Source: Ginglymostoma cirratum (taxonomy: Eukaryota). From it: 64,000 nucleotides of DNA. Below the pieces are notes generated by a model. The model was not told the origin of the DNA. It was given only the letters and a program-made list of their open reading frames with translations, and did not search any database. The DNA is taken from assembly GCA_024137785.1 (NCBI GenBank), contig JAHRHZ010000019.1, positions 26,096,327 to 26,160,326 of the forward strand, in the 5' to 3' direction. Positions 1 to 13,057 of this stretch are shown in pieces; the first letter of the stretch is position 1; each line of letters begins with the position of its first letter. Both the position numbers and the translations under genes were made by a program.

Positions 1-183
1 CCACCATAAAATACCATTCAAAATCGCTCAAAAATCACTCAAAAGCCTACCACAAAAGATAGCATACTTTGAATAAATGTTTAATTCATATCTAATAACG
101 AAATAAAAGTACATTTAACACCTTAACTTGTAAAAATGTCAAAATGACTTGATGGGAGAGGAGGTTTTGAGGCTGCTCTGTTG

Positions 184-987
184 TTAATGCAGGGGCTGAG
201 AATTGTCATCATCATCATCATCATCATCACCTTCAGGTGCAGTTGTCGTTGCAGGGTTAGAGCAAAAAATAATTAATCCAGAAGTGGATGGCTGTGGTTC
301 ATTGCCTTCTGAATGTTTCTTGGGGGTTGGCTTAAAAAAGACATTTTGCTACTTTGCCCTTTTTCTCCTTTCATGAAGAAGATGTTCATTGAGTGTCAAA
401 TAAAACCTTATTCCATGAACTGCTACCCTGCTGCATTCTGCTTTGTAATCATTGTCCTCTAAGAGCTGCAACTGCTTCTCAATTTCCCTCAGAATAGAAG
501 ACAAAATAAAAGTGGAAAGCTCTGGTGGTGCTGCATCCTGGACTTCATCTTCTTCATCTTCAGCTTCCACTTCCCCCTCAGCGACAAGTTGTTGTAGATC
601 AGCTGTAGGGAGGTCTTCACAGTGGGACTCAAGAAACTCTTCAACATCCTCACTCTCCATTTCTTCAAATCCAACTTGCTTTGCAAGATCAACACAATGT
701 TCTTTGATTCTTGGGAGCTCCTCTGACGGATCAAAGGTTTTAAAATCTTGACAAAAAATCTGGGAGAAGCTTCCGCCAAACTGCATGCAAACAGTCTTTA
801 CTGACATCACCCCAGGCCTCCACAATAATGTCAATTGCATTCTTGACGTTAAAGCTCTTCCAAACTTGAAGAACACTGTCCTTATCCCCCTCAGTGGCTG
901 CAATCAGCCTCTGAAATTTGCGTCTTAAATAATAAGTTTCAAACGCTGCTATTGCACCCTGGTCCATGGGTTGAAGGAGAGAGCTTG
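184..987 (-). mobile_element. Tigger/pogo-family (TIGD1-like) transposase 3' remnant, pseudogenised
   Basis: Minus-strand translation SLLQPMDQGAIAAFETYYLRR...VWKSFNVKNAIDIIVEAWGDV...VWRKLLPDF, the pogo DDE domain around the third Asp. Frameshift in the T-run near 753-758 into ORF 349..903 (DLAKQVGFEEMESEDVEEFLESH). In-frame TAG at 349-351, then ...EPQPSTSG...DDDDDDDD to TAA at 184-186. Confidence 0.85.
206..229. repeat. (TCA)8 microsatellite encoding the acidic Asp tail of the Tigger ORF
   Basis: tcatcatcatcatcatcatcatca seen directly. Confidence 0.9.
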
Positions 988-3929
988 GAATTGATGGAAT
1001 TGCACTATGGCCAACACAAGTTTGTGTTTTATAAATAGCATTCCCCTTTCATCAGTCACATTATAACCAATTAACACTGCCAGAACATGCGTCATAGCAG
1101 ATCCTCCTGACTTGTTCTTGTCATTCCAATGGTATTCAGGCTAGCACAAACTTTTAGTAGCATTAGTATTTCCACTGAAGTCAATGATTCTTGTCTTGTG
1201 CCACAGGAGTCCATGCAAGTTATTTTAATATGATTTTATCTGATCTGTCGCCCACTGTAGCCAAGATTTAGTTCCTGTAGTAGAGGACTCCACCAGTTAA
1301 GGAAATGGTGGGAGCCCTATATCGCTTCTGTGGAGGAGGGTTGACATGAATTTCGTGCACTCAAGCACTTAACTGGCAAGCACGGCCTTTCCACACTAAC
1401 AAAGACCCCAGAGAGCAAAAATACCACCTCTGACAGCTACCACAACTCAGAAACTGGCAGCTCTCCATCTAGTGTCACAGGGCAAACTGACTGCAGCTGG
1501 TAATGTTCTGAGGCCTACCAAGAGGATCAATGCCATACCCTTGGAGACAGGCAAGTGGAACAAGATGGGGTTCATGTATGAGTTGTACTGGTATTTGAAT
1601 TACAACGTCCAAAAAGATGGAAAAGAATGTGTAAACTGGCAAGATATTTCAAAGGAAAAATTTAATGAACCAAAAAAAAACTTAGCCAAGCAAGTGGTTT
1701 TAAATCAGAGGGAATAAATGTTGTGTATGATTCTGTGAGGCAAAAAAGCACCAGGATGTAGTGCTTATCATTACCTAGCATTTGTAAATGATCCAGATAA
1801 TAGAAGTCTTAAAAGCTCTGTGGTGTATAGAAAACTGGAACCAAGTATATAACTTCAAAATTATTAATTAAACAAAGTTATGGCTAAAGAAAATGGATTG
1901 GTGGACTATCATCTTTGTCATTAACATTTCAACAAAGGACAGATGGAATACTGAATCTTTTATTCTATAATCCTGAAAGCTATAATGCTGTATTAAGTCA
2001 AAAAACAACAATCTCATATTAAACAAATTTAACTCAAAGTGGATTAATAATTACATGAAAAACTGGGAAAAATGGACATTAACCTCTTTAACCTCCAGAA
2101 AGAAGATGGGAGTGAGTCATCACTGGAGTGACAACTTAAAAGACGCAGAAATGAGTTAAAAGTGGACCCAAAAGGCAAAGGGAGACCTAGAAAGAACATT
2201 GAAGTAGATGTCAAGGATAACAGTAGAATAATTCTTCCGGTGTTATAACAAGAAGACAGTCAAAGATGAATTGAAAGCCATTAAAAAAATTTGTGCAATC
2301 ATTCCAATTCAATATGGATTGTGGAAGGGATGGGTCATGTTTGATCAACCTCCTTGACTCCTTTAAGGAAGTATCTCCCATGAAAACTGTAAAAATGATA
2401 GAAAATAGCAAAACGTAAATTCCAAACAGCATTTAATGAAAGAAAGGCTATTGGTAAAACTCAGAGAGCACAGATTTTCAGCATTTCATCACGGGTGTGG
2501 TCAAAACCCATGTATCTAGAGCATGCAGAGATAGTAAGAATTGCCAATGCTGGAGTCAGAGATACCACATACGGAGCTGGGGGTACACAGCAGGCTAGGC
2601 AGCATCAGAGCATGCAGCAGTACTTTAACATCATTGGGAGCAAATCAAATTAGCAGCATATTGGCACCTGTGACAGAGGTAACTTCTTGGGGAGTTGGAG
2701 AAGAATTATTCACTCGACGCTTCAATCTGAAAATGATTCAAATGCTTCCATTTGGTTAGGTCTTTGCCACTGTTGAGGATAAGTGTGTTCATAAAACCTC
2801 CTCCTCCTTCTGCTAGTTACTTATTTATCCATCACCATTTAATGAGCCAATCCATTGATGGTGAAAGCATTGAGTGCTTCTTTTGCTTTCTGACATTCTG
2901 CGTGCAGCTGTCACAACTTTTAAATTATTCAACATCAGCAGAAAATGGATGCATCCATCGTCTTTGTTCTTATTGCTGGGATTTAATCTGGTGGTCCACA
3001 GATACCTCTCTGAATGCACAAAACTATATTGCTACAGTACTCAGTGCAATGCATAGAAGTAATCACAACTCAGTTGTGTGTGGTACTCTACAATCTCAGA
3101 ATAGCATTCTTGGTAAACCAGTACAAAAATGAAATGGACTGTGCTACAGCAAGACAGAAATCTTGTTAATTGTGAGTTGTTAGGTGGATTGGCATTTGAA
3201 AGTTTCAAAATTAAAATTGGCACTACGGTTTAATTTTAGCAGTCTTAAATCCCACACCAAATTAAGCAACTTTTTTTATTTCTGAAATAAATTGTTCATT
3301 TTCTCCCTTTATTACCTTTTTTGTTTACTGAAAGCATGATATCCATCCAGGGGACTGAGTATCATGCATGGTCATTTATCATCCTCTTCTGATATCCACA
3401 CATGCACCTTTTCCAACAAGGGGTCAATGGAGGACTGATAATTTTGCCATTCAGAGACTAGTGGTGGACTAAGCAAATTGTAGCTCCCTCCTGCCACTCC
3501 AACTGAGATCAATCTCTGGTGCATATAGCTCAATTATAAAATGCTTTTAACAATGAGACTCAACAAAGAGCTACCTTATGGAAACAGAATTTAAAATGCA
3601 GGTTCCATCTGTTAAAAGACATATGAAAACAAGATAAAACTTCTTCTCGGGAGAAATAAAGAAAACAAAGGTGCATCAGAGTTTTTAGCTCTGTAGCTTG
3701 ATACATATCCATGACTATCCTCAGGAATTAAATGAAAAGGTAGATCAATTGTTCATCTCTGCGAGAAAAGGGCAGAACCTTACATAAATGATTTTTGCGC
3801 ATAATTTAGTTTACTGTCAGATCACTTCAGTAAAATGTTTACCTCAAATTTTCATTTGATGACGTAGTCAATGATGATTCTCAGGATAGGTTTTCAATAA
3901 TGATGATTAAAGGGGTTATATTTTATTGT

Positions 3930-4110
3930 ATAGAAAATGTTGGAAATATTCAGCAGGTCATGTGTGGAGAGATGACCAGATTAGAATGTTATGTTAATGA
4001 CCTTTCAACATCACTCTCCTGTCTTTATGGATGCTGACAAAGATGTCAAATATTTCCAACATTTTCATTTTTTTCTAGATTTCCAGCATCCACAGTAATG
4101 GCTTTTGTAT
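3930..4110. mobile_element. Old Penelope-like short fold-back element
   Basis: aaaatgttggaaatatt (3934-3950) is inverted at aatatttccaacatttt (4049-4065). Ends in ttccagcatccacagta like the other Penelope-terminus copies. Confidence 0.5.
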
Positions 4111-4899
4111 TGTATTGTATTTGGAACTGTACCACCCTAATTGTTTTCATTGCTTTATGTGAGAGTATGATTGTGCACATGAGCTTACACTGATGCATGA
4201 GAATATGAATCCATCTATGGGTCAGGTTTTGTGGCCAGTAGTAAAGACACAATGTTTACTTTTAATGTTAAATAAAACTAACCACAAAGTTTTAAAGAAA
4301 GTCATGAGCAGGTTTCCTCTGTTCTGACATTAGTTTGAACTTGGCTGTTTCTATAGGGAATCTGTGATATCCAGCAGGCAATAGGCAGGCTAAACAATCA
4401 GCCAAATTGAAGAATTCTCACAGAAAGCCAAGTAGGAAGCAAAAAGCTAGTAATTATAAATCAGATTTAACTCATTATGCAGAAAATGAAATAAAGATTG
4501 GGATACGCGTATGGGATTAAAGGAGGAATTTAATTTTCAGAACACAAACTTAAGAAAAAATATAATTATATTGCTTCTTGTTTTAAAAATTTGCAATATT
4601 TGATTCTTCTGAGGGAATAATATTTCACGCTTGTAAAATTATTTTTTTTCATGGATGGAAAGATTATTCCACAGCAATTATGATTTAGTATGCCATTAAA
4701 AATTCAATTATTTCTAATTGAACACAGCTTAACTTTTTTGGCAGCCTGCTTTAATTTGATCTTTGCAGTGAAAATCATGTTTATTTAGTTTAAGTTCATG
4801 ACAATCAATGAGTTCAAAGTTGTTTTCAACTCTGAAGACTACAACAATACACCTTATAAAGGTAAAAGGGATTCTGATACTAATTTCCAGGTTTCTGTG

Positions 4900-5095
4900 C
4901 TTTTTTATTCACTCGTGGGATGTGAGCATCATTGGCTGGCCAGCATTTATTGCCTGTCCCTAATTGCCTTTGAAGTGAGCGGGCTTGCTAGGCCATTTCA
5001 GAGGGCAGTTAAGAGTCAACCACATTGCTGTGAGTCAGGAGTCACATGTAGTAGGCCAGACCAGGTGAGGAGGGCACATTGCCTTCCCTGAAGGA
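4900..5095 (-). mobile_element. 3' end fragment of an elasmobranch CR1-group LINE or derived SINE
   Basis: ttttattcactcgtgggatgtgagcatcattggctggccagcatttattgcc matches the terminus of the LINE at 43703-45250 and of the copy at 39195. Confidence 0.65.
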
Positions 5096-5685
5096 CAGTC
5101 GGTGCACATATAGGATTGCACAAAATTGCTGACAGCCATAACACTATCACTACCACAATTCTCAGCCTGTAAGTTAATAGCAATGTTTATGAGAGTGTGA
5201 TTGTATCTTTGAAGATTTGTTGGTTTTCAGTTAGTTTATTTTTTGACAACAGCACGAAGAGTTTGGGCCAGCCAGCTATTTAACATACCTCCTGCTTTAT
5301 TTTCAATTCACTTAATTTGATCGAAGATCCTAACCTCTCATTTCTTCCAGGTGTCAGTATTTTAATCATACATGTCAACTTTGTAATTGTAAATGTGAAA
5401 TTGGGATTTTACATTTGCAATCCTGTCAATGTACCTGAGACTGTGAATGTGTGCATGACTTTGTAATATGCAAATTCATGATATTTTTGGTTAAGTTCAG
5501 TGGATTGATTTTGCAAATATGTTTGCATTTGTATTGTATCGGTGATAGTCTGAATGTGTCATGATAGTGCATGTGCGGGTGATTTTAAGAAATAATGTTA
5601 CTGTATGTTAATATTTGATTTGGAGTATTGTTTTATAATTTTTCCTTTTAATTGTATTCTTATGTGAGTGTTATGTGATAGCATG

Positions 5686-5950
5686 GTCTGTGTGGAGTTT
5701 GCACATTCTCCTCGTGTCTCTGTATGTTTCCTCCCACAGTTCAAGGATGTGCAGTTTAGGTGGATTGGTCATGCTAAATTGCCCACAGTGTCCACGGATG
5801 TGCAGGCTAGGTGGGTTAGTCATGGGAAATGCAGTGTTACACGGATAGAGTGGGGGTGGGCTGCTGGTCTGGGTGGGATGCTGTTTAGAGGGTCAGTGTG
5901 GACTTGATGGGCTGAATGGCCTGCTTTCACACTGTGGGAATTCTATGATT
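5686..5950 (+). mobile_element. HE1 SINE, 5'-truncated
   Basis: tctgtgtggagtttgcacattctcc...tggattggtcatgctaaattgccc...ctgtgggaattctatgatt, same as the full-length copy at 41183. Confidence 0.9.
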
Positions 5951-6212
5951 CATTGCATCTGAGTTTCCATTGATATGCTTGCACACATGAATATATATTC
6001 AGGCTTGTGTTTGGATCTGAGTTTGCAGCTGTATAAGAGATTTTATGCATAGATTTCTGTTCGTATATGTGATTGTATTAACGTGTTTGTTTATTGTATT
6101 GATATAGTTATGAATTCTTTGTGGGTTTGTAATTATCAGTAAAATTACATGCATGACTTTTAGATCATATATGTGGCTAAATGTATGATTTTATGATCAC
6201 ACCATATTGCAT

Positions 6213-6355
6213 GAAACAAAGACAGAAGTTGCTGGAGAAACTCAGGTCTGGCAGTATCTGTGGAGAGGAAGCAGAGTCAACCTTTTAGATCCAGTGACCC
6301 TTCTTCAGAACTTTGAAGATTCAAATCTTCAGCATCTGCAGTTGTTATATTTTTA
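6213..6355. mobile_element. Penelope-like terminal fragment with degenerate hammerhead core
   Basis: acagaagttgctggagaaactcaggtctggcagtatctgtggagagg...gacccttcttcagaac. Reverse complement gives CTGAAGA-agggtcactggatct-AAAA. Confidence 0.6.
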
Positions 6356-7476
6356 GATTGTATGCATACATTTAAGTATTATCATGTATCTATGAGCACA
6401 TATATGATACTGAATGTATACATTGTGGTGACATATGATAATGTATATGTGTTTTGTGATCATATATCATCATGAATGCAGGCATACTCATGTATGATAT
6501 TGTATGTTTGAGCTTGTAACTGTGGTGTAAGAAATTGCAAGCATTAGCGTTATTGCTACGCACCAATGTATAATTGTGCACATGAATCTCTGTTGATTGT
6601 ATGTTATTGTGGAATTAAAATCAGGAAATACTCAGCAGACCAGTGTGGCAGGAGAGGCATTTTAAGTCGCTGAACGTTCATCAGGATATGAGTCCGGATG
6701 GTTGTGTCAGTTGCCGACGGTAAACATAGAAAGTAACTATATGTGGGATCTGAATGCATTCGGATGAGTTTGTTTCTGAATTGGTTTTCGTGTATTCGAC
6801 AGTCTGAAGACACGCGGTTATATTGTCCTAAAATAAATTTTCGTTAATGTGAATAAGTTTGTGTCAGCTAGGACTTTTACACTAGTTTTAATTGGAGTTT
6901 GATGTCTGACCGTGTTTGTAAGAGAGAAAACGGTGGATTTTACCCGTCTGATAGTATTCCAAAGCGGAGACCCTTTCCTCTAATCCGGTCGGTTTGACCT
7001 TAGGGCTTTGTAATTTTTTGCTGCTCCCCACTGAGAAAGCGAGGTCGCCCCTTCTGTCCGCGCTGTTTCTCCACACCACCTACCGGGAATAGGGGGAACA
7101 AATCAGGAAACAAGTTAAGAAACTGAGTGTTCCTGTAAATAATCTTTGACGTCTCAACAAAGACGCCATTGGATAAGAGTTTATTAGCAAGCCACCATGA
7201 AAACAGATGTCATGTTAGCTTTTCTTCGGGGGTAAAGTGACATCTCTCAGAATGAATCGGCGATTGTCTGGTGCTCACACAGTGAACACTCCGAGCCATT
7301 GTTCCTCTTTAAGGAAACTCACCCCCACAGAATCAGTCCCTTCGCACGCATTCCCACCAGCTCGACTAAACCAAGCCTGTAATCCCCTGATCCAGAGGCA
7401 CATTATGGCTGACAGTCGGTGCCACTTGTAACTGAGGCACTTTCCGAAGTTAGGGGGAAAAAAAATCACCGCTTAC

Positions 7477-7520
7477 CTTGTTCGAGTAAAGTTAGGGTTG
7501 GGAGGGCCGTTCGATGCGGA
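7477..7520 (-). other. Putative short non-coding first exon of an unidentified minus-strand gene
   Basis: Minus strand reads ...actcgaacAAG|GTAAGC, a near-consensus donor with the exon ending at 7477, about 65 nt downstream of a TTTAAAA TATA-like box. No ATG in the exon. TSS position is approximate. Confidence 0.55.
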
Positions 7521-7540
7521 CCGCTGCCGCAACAGGCTGA

Positions 7541-7595
7541 GCTTTTAAAGGCACTTCTCCCGAGCTAACCATGACAATATAGACCATATAAAGGG
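7541..7595 (-). promoter_or_regulatory. TATA-like box (CTTTAAAAGC, 7541-7550) and CArG-like SRF site (CCATATAAAGG, 7584-7594)
   Basis: Both motifs seen directly with core-promoter spacing. The CArG is one mismatch from CC(A/T)6GG. Confidence 0.5.
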
Positions 7596-10229
7596 TTCCG
7601 CAGCAAACCCACAGACAGCACAACTTTACAGGGGAACAGCAAAAGTGGCAGCTAATCTACATATCAAGGGCAAGGCTAGGATTCTGTCAAGACCGCGCTG
7701 GTTTTGTAAAATATATTTGATTCAGCACTGAAACAACATAGGGGCGTTCATGCCGACTGCCGAAATGGTGGAGATATGAATTAGAGTGAAAATGTCCCCT
7801 TAAAATGCCACTGAAATTAGTATCCTTTTGATTGAATTGCTTTTGGATATTTCATAAACCGAGACTAAACCCCAGTCCGATTTAAGATAAGTTGCAATAT
7901 TTAACCCTATAACACGCCACATTAAAAGCTTGTTTCGCTGCATTTGTTTGATGCGTCTTAAAAACAGTAACAGCAGGCAAATTGTGGTGAGCTGTCCATG
8001 GGGTTCCTTCTTCACGGCCGTATATTCTGATTCCTCTCGCTCTCTCTCACTTTCTCTCGCGCTGTGAATTAAACTAAATAGTTGTGTTCTCTTATCGCTT
8101 CCTCGTTTAGAGTTTCATTTCTGCAGACTGAGCGGGAAAGAAATTGCATGAAATATTTCAATGTCAGCGAGAAGGCACAGTCTGTGTGTCTCGACTGGAC
8201 ATGCGTCTCCAACTTACAATTAAAAGGGACGGGGCTGGACTGTATTCAGATTCACCTGCAATCAAGTAAATATAAATGTGAGCACCCACGTGAAATCCAA
8301 CTTTTATTTCAGTCGGGGACCCGACTCTTTTTCCTCCAAAGCTCGAGTGCATCAGATTTAGTCGAAATAGTGAAATGAGTGGGAGCCCTTTGACTCAAGA
8401 GGTTCTCCTGTCACTCTCTCTACCTAAAGCCAGTGAGAATTTTGATTCCCATTTCGCCTGTTCGTGGTCCTGAAATATATTGCAAGTGATCATGACCACG
8501 ATCACAGGTATTCCCCACGAAAGAAATTACTTGGACAGATGTTTCCGGTTTGTCCTAGGTTCCATCGACTGCTATTTCCTGCAGAAAGGGATCAGATTCA
8601 TTGATTACTAGTTTCCAATGGTTTTTCCCCCAACCGAAAACACCAGTCACTACGCCGTGTTCACGCGTGCAACCAGTAAAAGGCGAACTGCCAGTGAAAA
8701 GCCTTTCATGTGATCAATTTACATAGTCAGCTAACAAACATTGAAACATTACGGCAATTGCATTGATCTCTGACAATATCCTTTCTCTGACCACACAAGC
8801 ATATACACTGGTCACTTGTACCTGCTAATCTACTGTCACCCCTTTTTAACTGAATTCAGTAGGAAGATATATGGAAGACAGAGTTTTAGATTCGAGGACA
8901 TCTTTCAAATGGGAAAAGAATGACAAAGGTCAGGGGAGCGACTGACCTCATAACAGTGCTCAGTGAGGATTCCGAAATAAATTAATGTCATTCAAATGAG
9001 TATTTTCTTTTTTTCAATATGTGTTTGCAGCTTACAAAATCATAGATATTGCTGCTGTGGACCAGCGACTAAGAAACAGTGCGGATTCAGCTGGACAGTT
9101 TTTGAGCCGTGCTAACCCTGCACTGAGCGGTCAGACCCCGGTCGAAGCCAAGACTCCCAAATCAGGCTGCTTGTTAGACACAAAAAAACCCCAAGCTGTC
9201 TGCAGACGGTACAGATGTTCTTCAGATACTCATATAAAGTGATCAATACACAGTCCTGGCTGAACATGCAGCGTCATCGTTTTAAGTCGTGAGCAGAGCA
9301 AAATTCGACCTTAGAGGAGGATGATCATTTTGCGAACACTTTACAAAAAAAAAACAAGGGAAAGGTTTCCGCCTGACTCGGGATTGAATGCGCAACTGGG
9401 GTCCCAAGGAACTCCGTCCCCGCACCCAAGAGGCACACCAATCGCTTCTGACATCGACTACACAGCGAAACCTTTCCCTGAGTGTCTCAGACAAAGAATG
9501 CGGTGACCAGGTTCCACAATGATCTGAGGGTGGTTTCCACTCTCTCTCTGCCAGGAGAGCTAGGGGTGGATATTCGACAAAATGAAAGCACCTTCTCCCA
9601 CAGGGCCTCGAGGTGAAAAGGCACCCATCGCCGGCCATCTGATTAATAAAACTTTTAGCAATAAAATGCACCCTCCCCCACCCAGCCCCCACGATGCGAA
9701 CCGCACGAAGCCATTCGGCGAACGCCAGTGTTGTGACACTTGTAAACTGTTGTCCAGTTTCTCAATTCCGCAGCCTGATCTCACAGATATTCCCACCGCT
9801 TAGCCTGATGCACCAAACCGCCCACTGCTGTGCACTACTGGTAAACGTAGAATTTCTCTCATTTTCTACTCGGCCCAGTTGCATGGAGTTGGGGCCGGGG
9901 TAGGGGGGGGGAGGAGAGAGACTGTCTGAAGGAACCCATCTGCTCTTCTCCCTCGTGCAGAGTGTTTACAATTGATAATTTGCAACCCCCCTAAACAAGC
10001 ACATACCCACGGTCAGATAGAGGGGTGGTGGTAGCTTGTCACTTGTGCACACTCTGTTATAGTTAGATATAAAGTTTTTATGGGAGCCAGAGATAGTGCA
10101 AACTTGATTTGTTTGTTATACCTTGCCTTTTCCGCGAACTTAAACATGGAATAATAACGTTGAGAGCCTTTAAAGTAGTAAAAATTAGCTCAAATTGCCC
10201 CGCCTGAGTAGCTAGCACCGGCGGTACCG

Positions 10230-10248
10230 CAGCGCCACCCAGTGGCCA
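10230..10248 (-). promoter_or_regulatory. CTCF-binding motif
   Basis: Reverse complement TGGCCACTGGGTGGCGCTG vs consensus TGGCCACCAGGGGGCGCTA. Confidence 0.6.
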
Positions 10249-11956
10249 AGTACGAGCTATCCGAACTGTGCAGAAAGCCCGAAGCCTCGGCCAGCAGGAC
10301 CACTGCGCTCAAGAGCCAGTAAAGACAAGATTGCAGGGGTATTTGCCAAGGAATTTCAAAGTTCGTCCCACGCATTTCTGAGTATACAATGCCGACCTTT
10401 TTTTAAAAAAACATCGTCAGCAGCTCATATGCTGGGAAAAATAATTTTTTGGTTTAAGATTTCCAGTTGTTCTGAGTTAACGGCTGGAAACAATACCAAT
10501 TTACAATTCCTACAGGTTTAAGGAGCCAAATGTAATTACACGTAAACTCATATTTTACGATTTTCTTGAGAAGGCAAGCAAAGAAACCCCACACAAATGC
10601 AACGGATTTTAAATAATAAGTGGAAATCATCCTTTTCTGGCGCTCAGAAACATTTGCATCAATATTACGTTTTCTCTTTTTAACAGATCGAGCTTTATAA
10701 AATCTCAGTGTAACCGAGACTCTGATTATAGAACTCACTGCACAAAATACAACCACTTACTGCCCGATACGCGTTGCATGCCATATTTTAAACCGTTTTG
10801 CATCTTAACTTTAGAAATTAATGGTTCATTAGTTTTTGACGTACTTAACATTTTGTTCAGAAGCTGAACAGAGGATCAATCAATAGTAGAAAAGCTGAAT
10901 GCAATATCTGACGATAACAGCATTCACGGAAAACCAAATCTCATAAAACGTAGAAAGAATCTCATGGACTCATTCCTGAGCGATGACGTGGCCTTTCGGC
11001 CCATTGCATTCGATCTGGTTCCAGAAGAGCCGCTCATCTTTAAAAAGCCGTTCCCCGATTCAGTTCTTGAGGCCTGCATGCCACAGCGCTTCAAGTAGAT
11101 CTTCAAGTACAATTAAGTAACGCAACCCTCTTCTCCTTCTCTGAATGTTGTGCTCATTTCAAGGTTAAAAGTAAACAAGACTAAAACTCAAAGGTAAAGT
11201 CATAGTTTTACCAGACCATTGGGTTGATCTCACATTGGAAGAGACAGCTGGTGGTGGTTTAACCTGAGGGTCACCATGCCTCAGTCGAGGGGAGAGTTTG
11301 AGAAAGAGAATTCTTGATCTGAGCCACAAAACAGTGATAAAACAGTATATCTTATTTTCCATCTGGGCCACATTGCTATTTCATAATATGGAATGCGTTG
11401 ACAATGAACCACACTGCACTACTAGCCACCAAAACAGGAGAATTCAAATAAGCTGCCAGGACATGGAATGCAAATCCTGCTACAGCAGAGGAGAATGTAC
11501 ACCTTACCCTCTGCATAGAGAAAATATGTCTCCCACCAGAAAAGAAGAATGTGCATCTGCAGTCAGATCAGGAAAATACACACTTACCACAGCACATGTA
11601 AGATTTTGGGGTGCACTGCAATAGCAATTGTAAGTTATGGTTCAATTACAATTATAGACTAAGTTGAGTGAGCCAGTCCAAAGGTTACTAGTCCTGATTA
11701 GTTACTAACCCCAATCCAGGTACATGCTTTCAGCATTTTAGAGAATTCATCAAGGTGATTATACAAACAAAGGAATTTTTTAAAAATTTCAAAATATATT
11801 TTGAATATTTTTAATAATGATTTTCATTCATAAAAATCATCTTAAGTACACACAACTGTTGTAAATCAGTTCTGTACAGTATTTGCCCAAAAAGATTGGA
11901 ATTTTGATGTTTGTTGGACCTTCTCTACCATTGCAAAGTACAAGGGCATTTTCTTA

Positions 11957-12683
11957 AACAAGAACAGAAATTACTGGAAAGGCTTAGCAGGTCTGGTAAC
12001 AACTGTGGAAAGAAATCAGAGTTAATGTTTTGAATTCAGTGGTCCTTCCTCAGAACTGATTGGTAGCTAGGAAGATGTTGGTTTATATGCAGAAGATAGG
12101 GTGGGGGGAGGGGTTAAGAAGTAACTAATAGGTGGAGATAGAGCCCAGAGAGTAAAACAGTTGAACAGACAAAGAAGTAGATACCGATCAGTCTGGGAGA
12201 ATGAATAACTATTAGTGGCTGATGATGGAGTGGTGTGTAATACCAGACAATGTGATAACAAGGCCTGGTGTGTGGGGTTGGGGTAAGAGCATGGGAGAAG
12301 GTGCCTCAAGCCTTAAAATTGCTGAACTCAATATTGAGTCCAGAAGGCTGTTGAGTTCCCAAGTGCAAATGAGGTGTTGTTCTTCTAGCTTGTGCTGAGC
12401 TTCACTGAAGCACTGCAACAAGCCGAAGACAGAGATGTTGGCTAGGAAACACAGTGGTGCATTGACGTGGCAGGCAACTGGAAACTCAGGGTCTTTTTTG
12501 TGGAACATAGGTATTCTGTGAAGCAGTCACCCAGTCTATGCTTCATTCGCCAATGTAGAGGGGACCACATTGTGAGCAGCGAATGCAGTAGACTAGATTA
12601 AGTGAAGTGCAGGTAACATGCTGCTTCATTTGGAAGATGTGTTTGGGCCCTTGGATGCTGAGGAGGCCTGAAGTGAGCAGGTG
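11957..12683 (-). mobile_element. Penelope-like retroelement 3' fragment (GIY-YIG endonuclease plus terminal region)
   Basis: ORF 12543..12797 has TCTSLNLVYCIRCSQCGPLYIGE (GIY-YIG). ORF 12212..12508 has PVACHVN...FGLLQC...KLEEQHLI. Degenerate hammerhead core near 12020-12058. Confidence 0.85.
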
Positions 12684-12684
12684 A

Positions 12685-13057
12685 AACTTGGAAATTACAG
12701 AATACTGAAAGACTTGAAAAGAGTGGACATGGGGAAGAAGTTTCCACCAGCAGGAGAGACTAAGACACAAGGGCACAACCTCAGAGTGAAGGGACACCTC
12801 TTTAAAACTGAAAGGAGGTAGAATTTATTCAGCCAGAGGGTGGTGAATCTGTGGAATCCATTGCCACAGAGAGCTGTGGAGTACAAGTCATTGGGTTTAT
12901 TTAAGACAGAGATAGATAGGTTCTTTATTGGTAAGGAGACAATCATTACAGGGAAAATGCAGGACAATGAGGTTGAGAAACATATCAGACATGATCAAAT
13001 GGTGGAGCATAGCTGTTGGCTGAATGGCCTAGTTCTGCTTCTATATATTATGATTCT
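12685..13057 (+). mobile_element. CR1 LINE 3' end
   Basis: RVVNLWNPLPQRAVE..SLGLFKTEIDRFF, the CR1 ORF2 C-terminus, followed by a 3' UTR and tattatgattct tail. Confidence 0.9.

Larger units (their letters stand above)
6900..10800. promoter_or_regulatory. CpG-enriched, transposon-poor region (likely CpG-island promoter domain)
   Basis: CpG dinucleotides are visibly much more frequent than in the flanks and recognisable SINE/LINE copies are absent. CpG o/e was not computed. Confidence 0.65.

Noticed and set aside
452-751. Ser-rich 99-aa ORF on + strand
   Set aside because: Antisense shadow of the Glu/Asp-rich Tigger frame.
7477-7600. Assigning a gene name (an FHL- or TAGLN-like SRF target)
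   Set aside because: No coding exon in the window. Promoter motifs alone cannot identify the gene.
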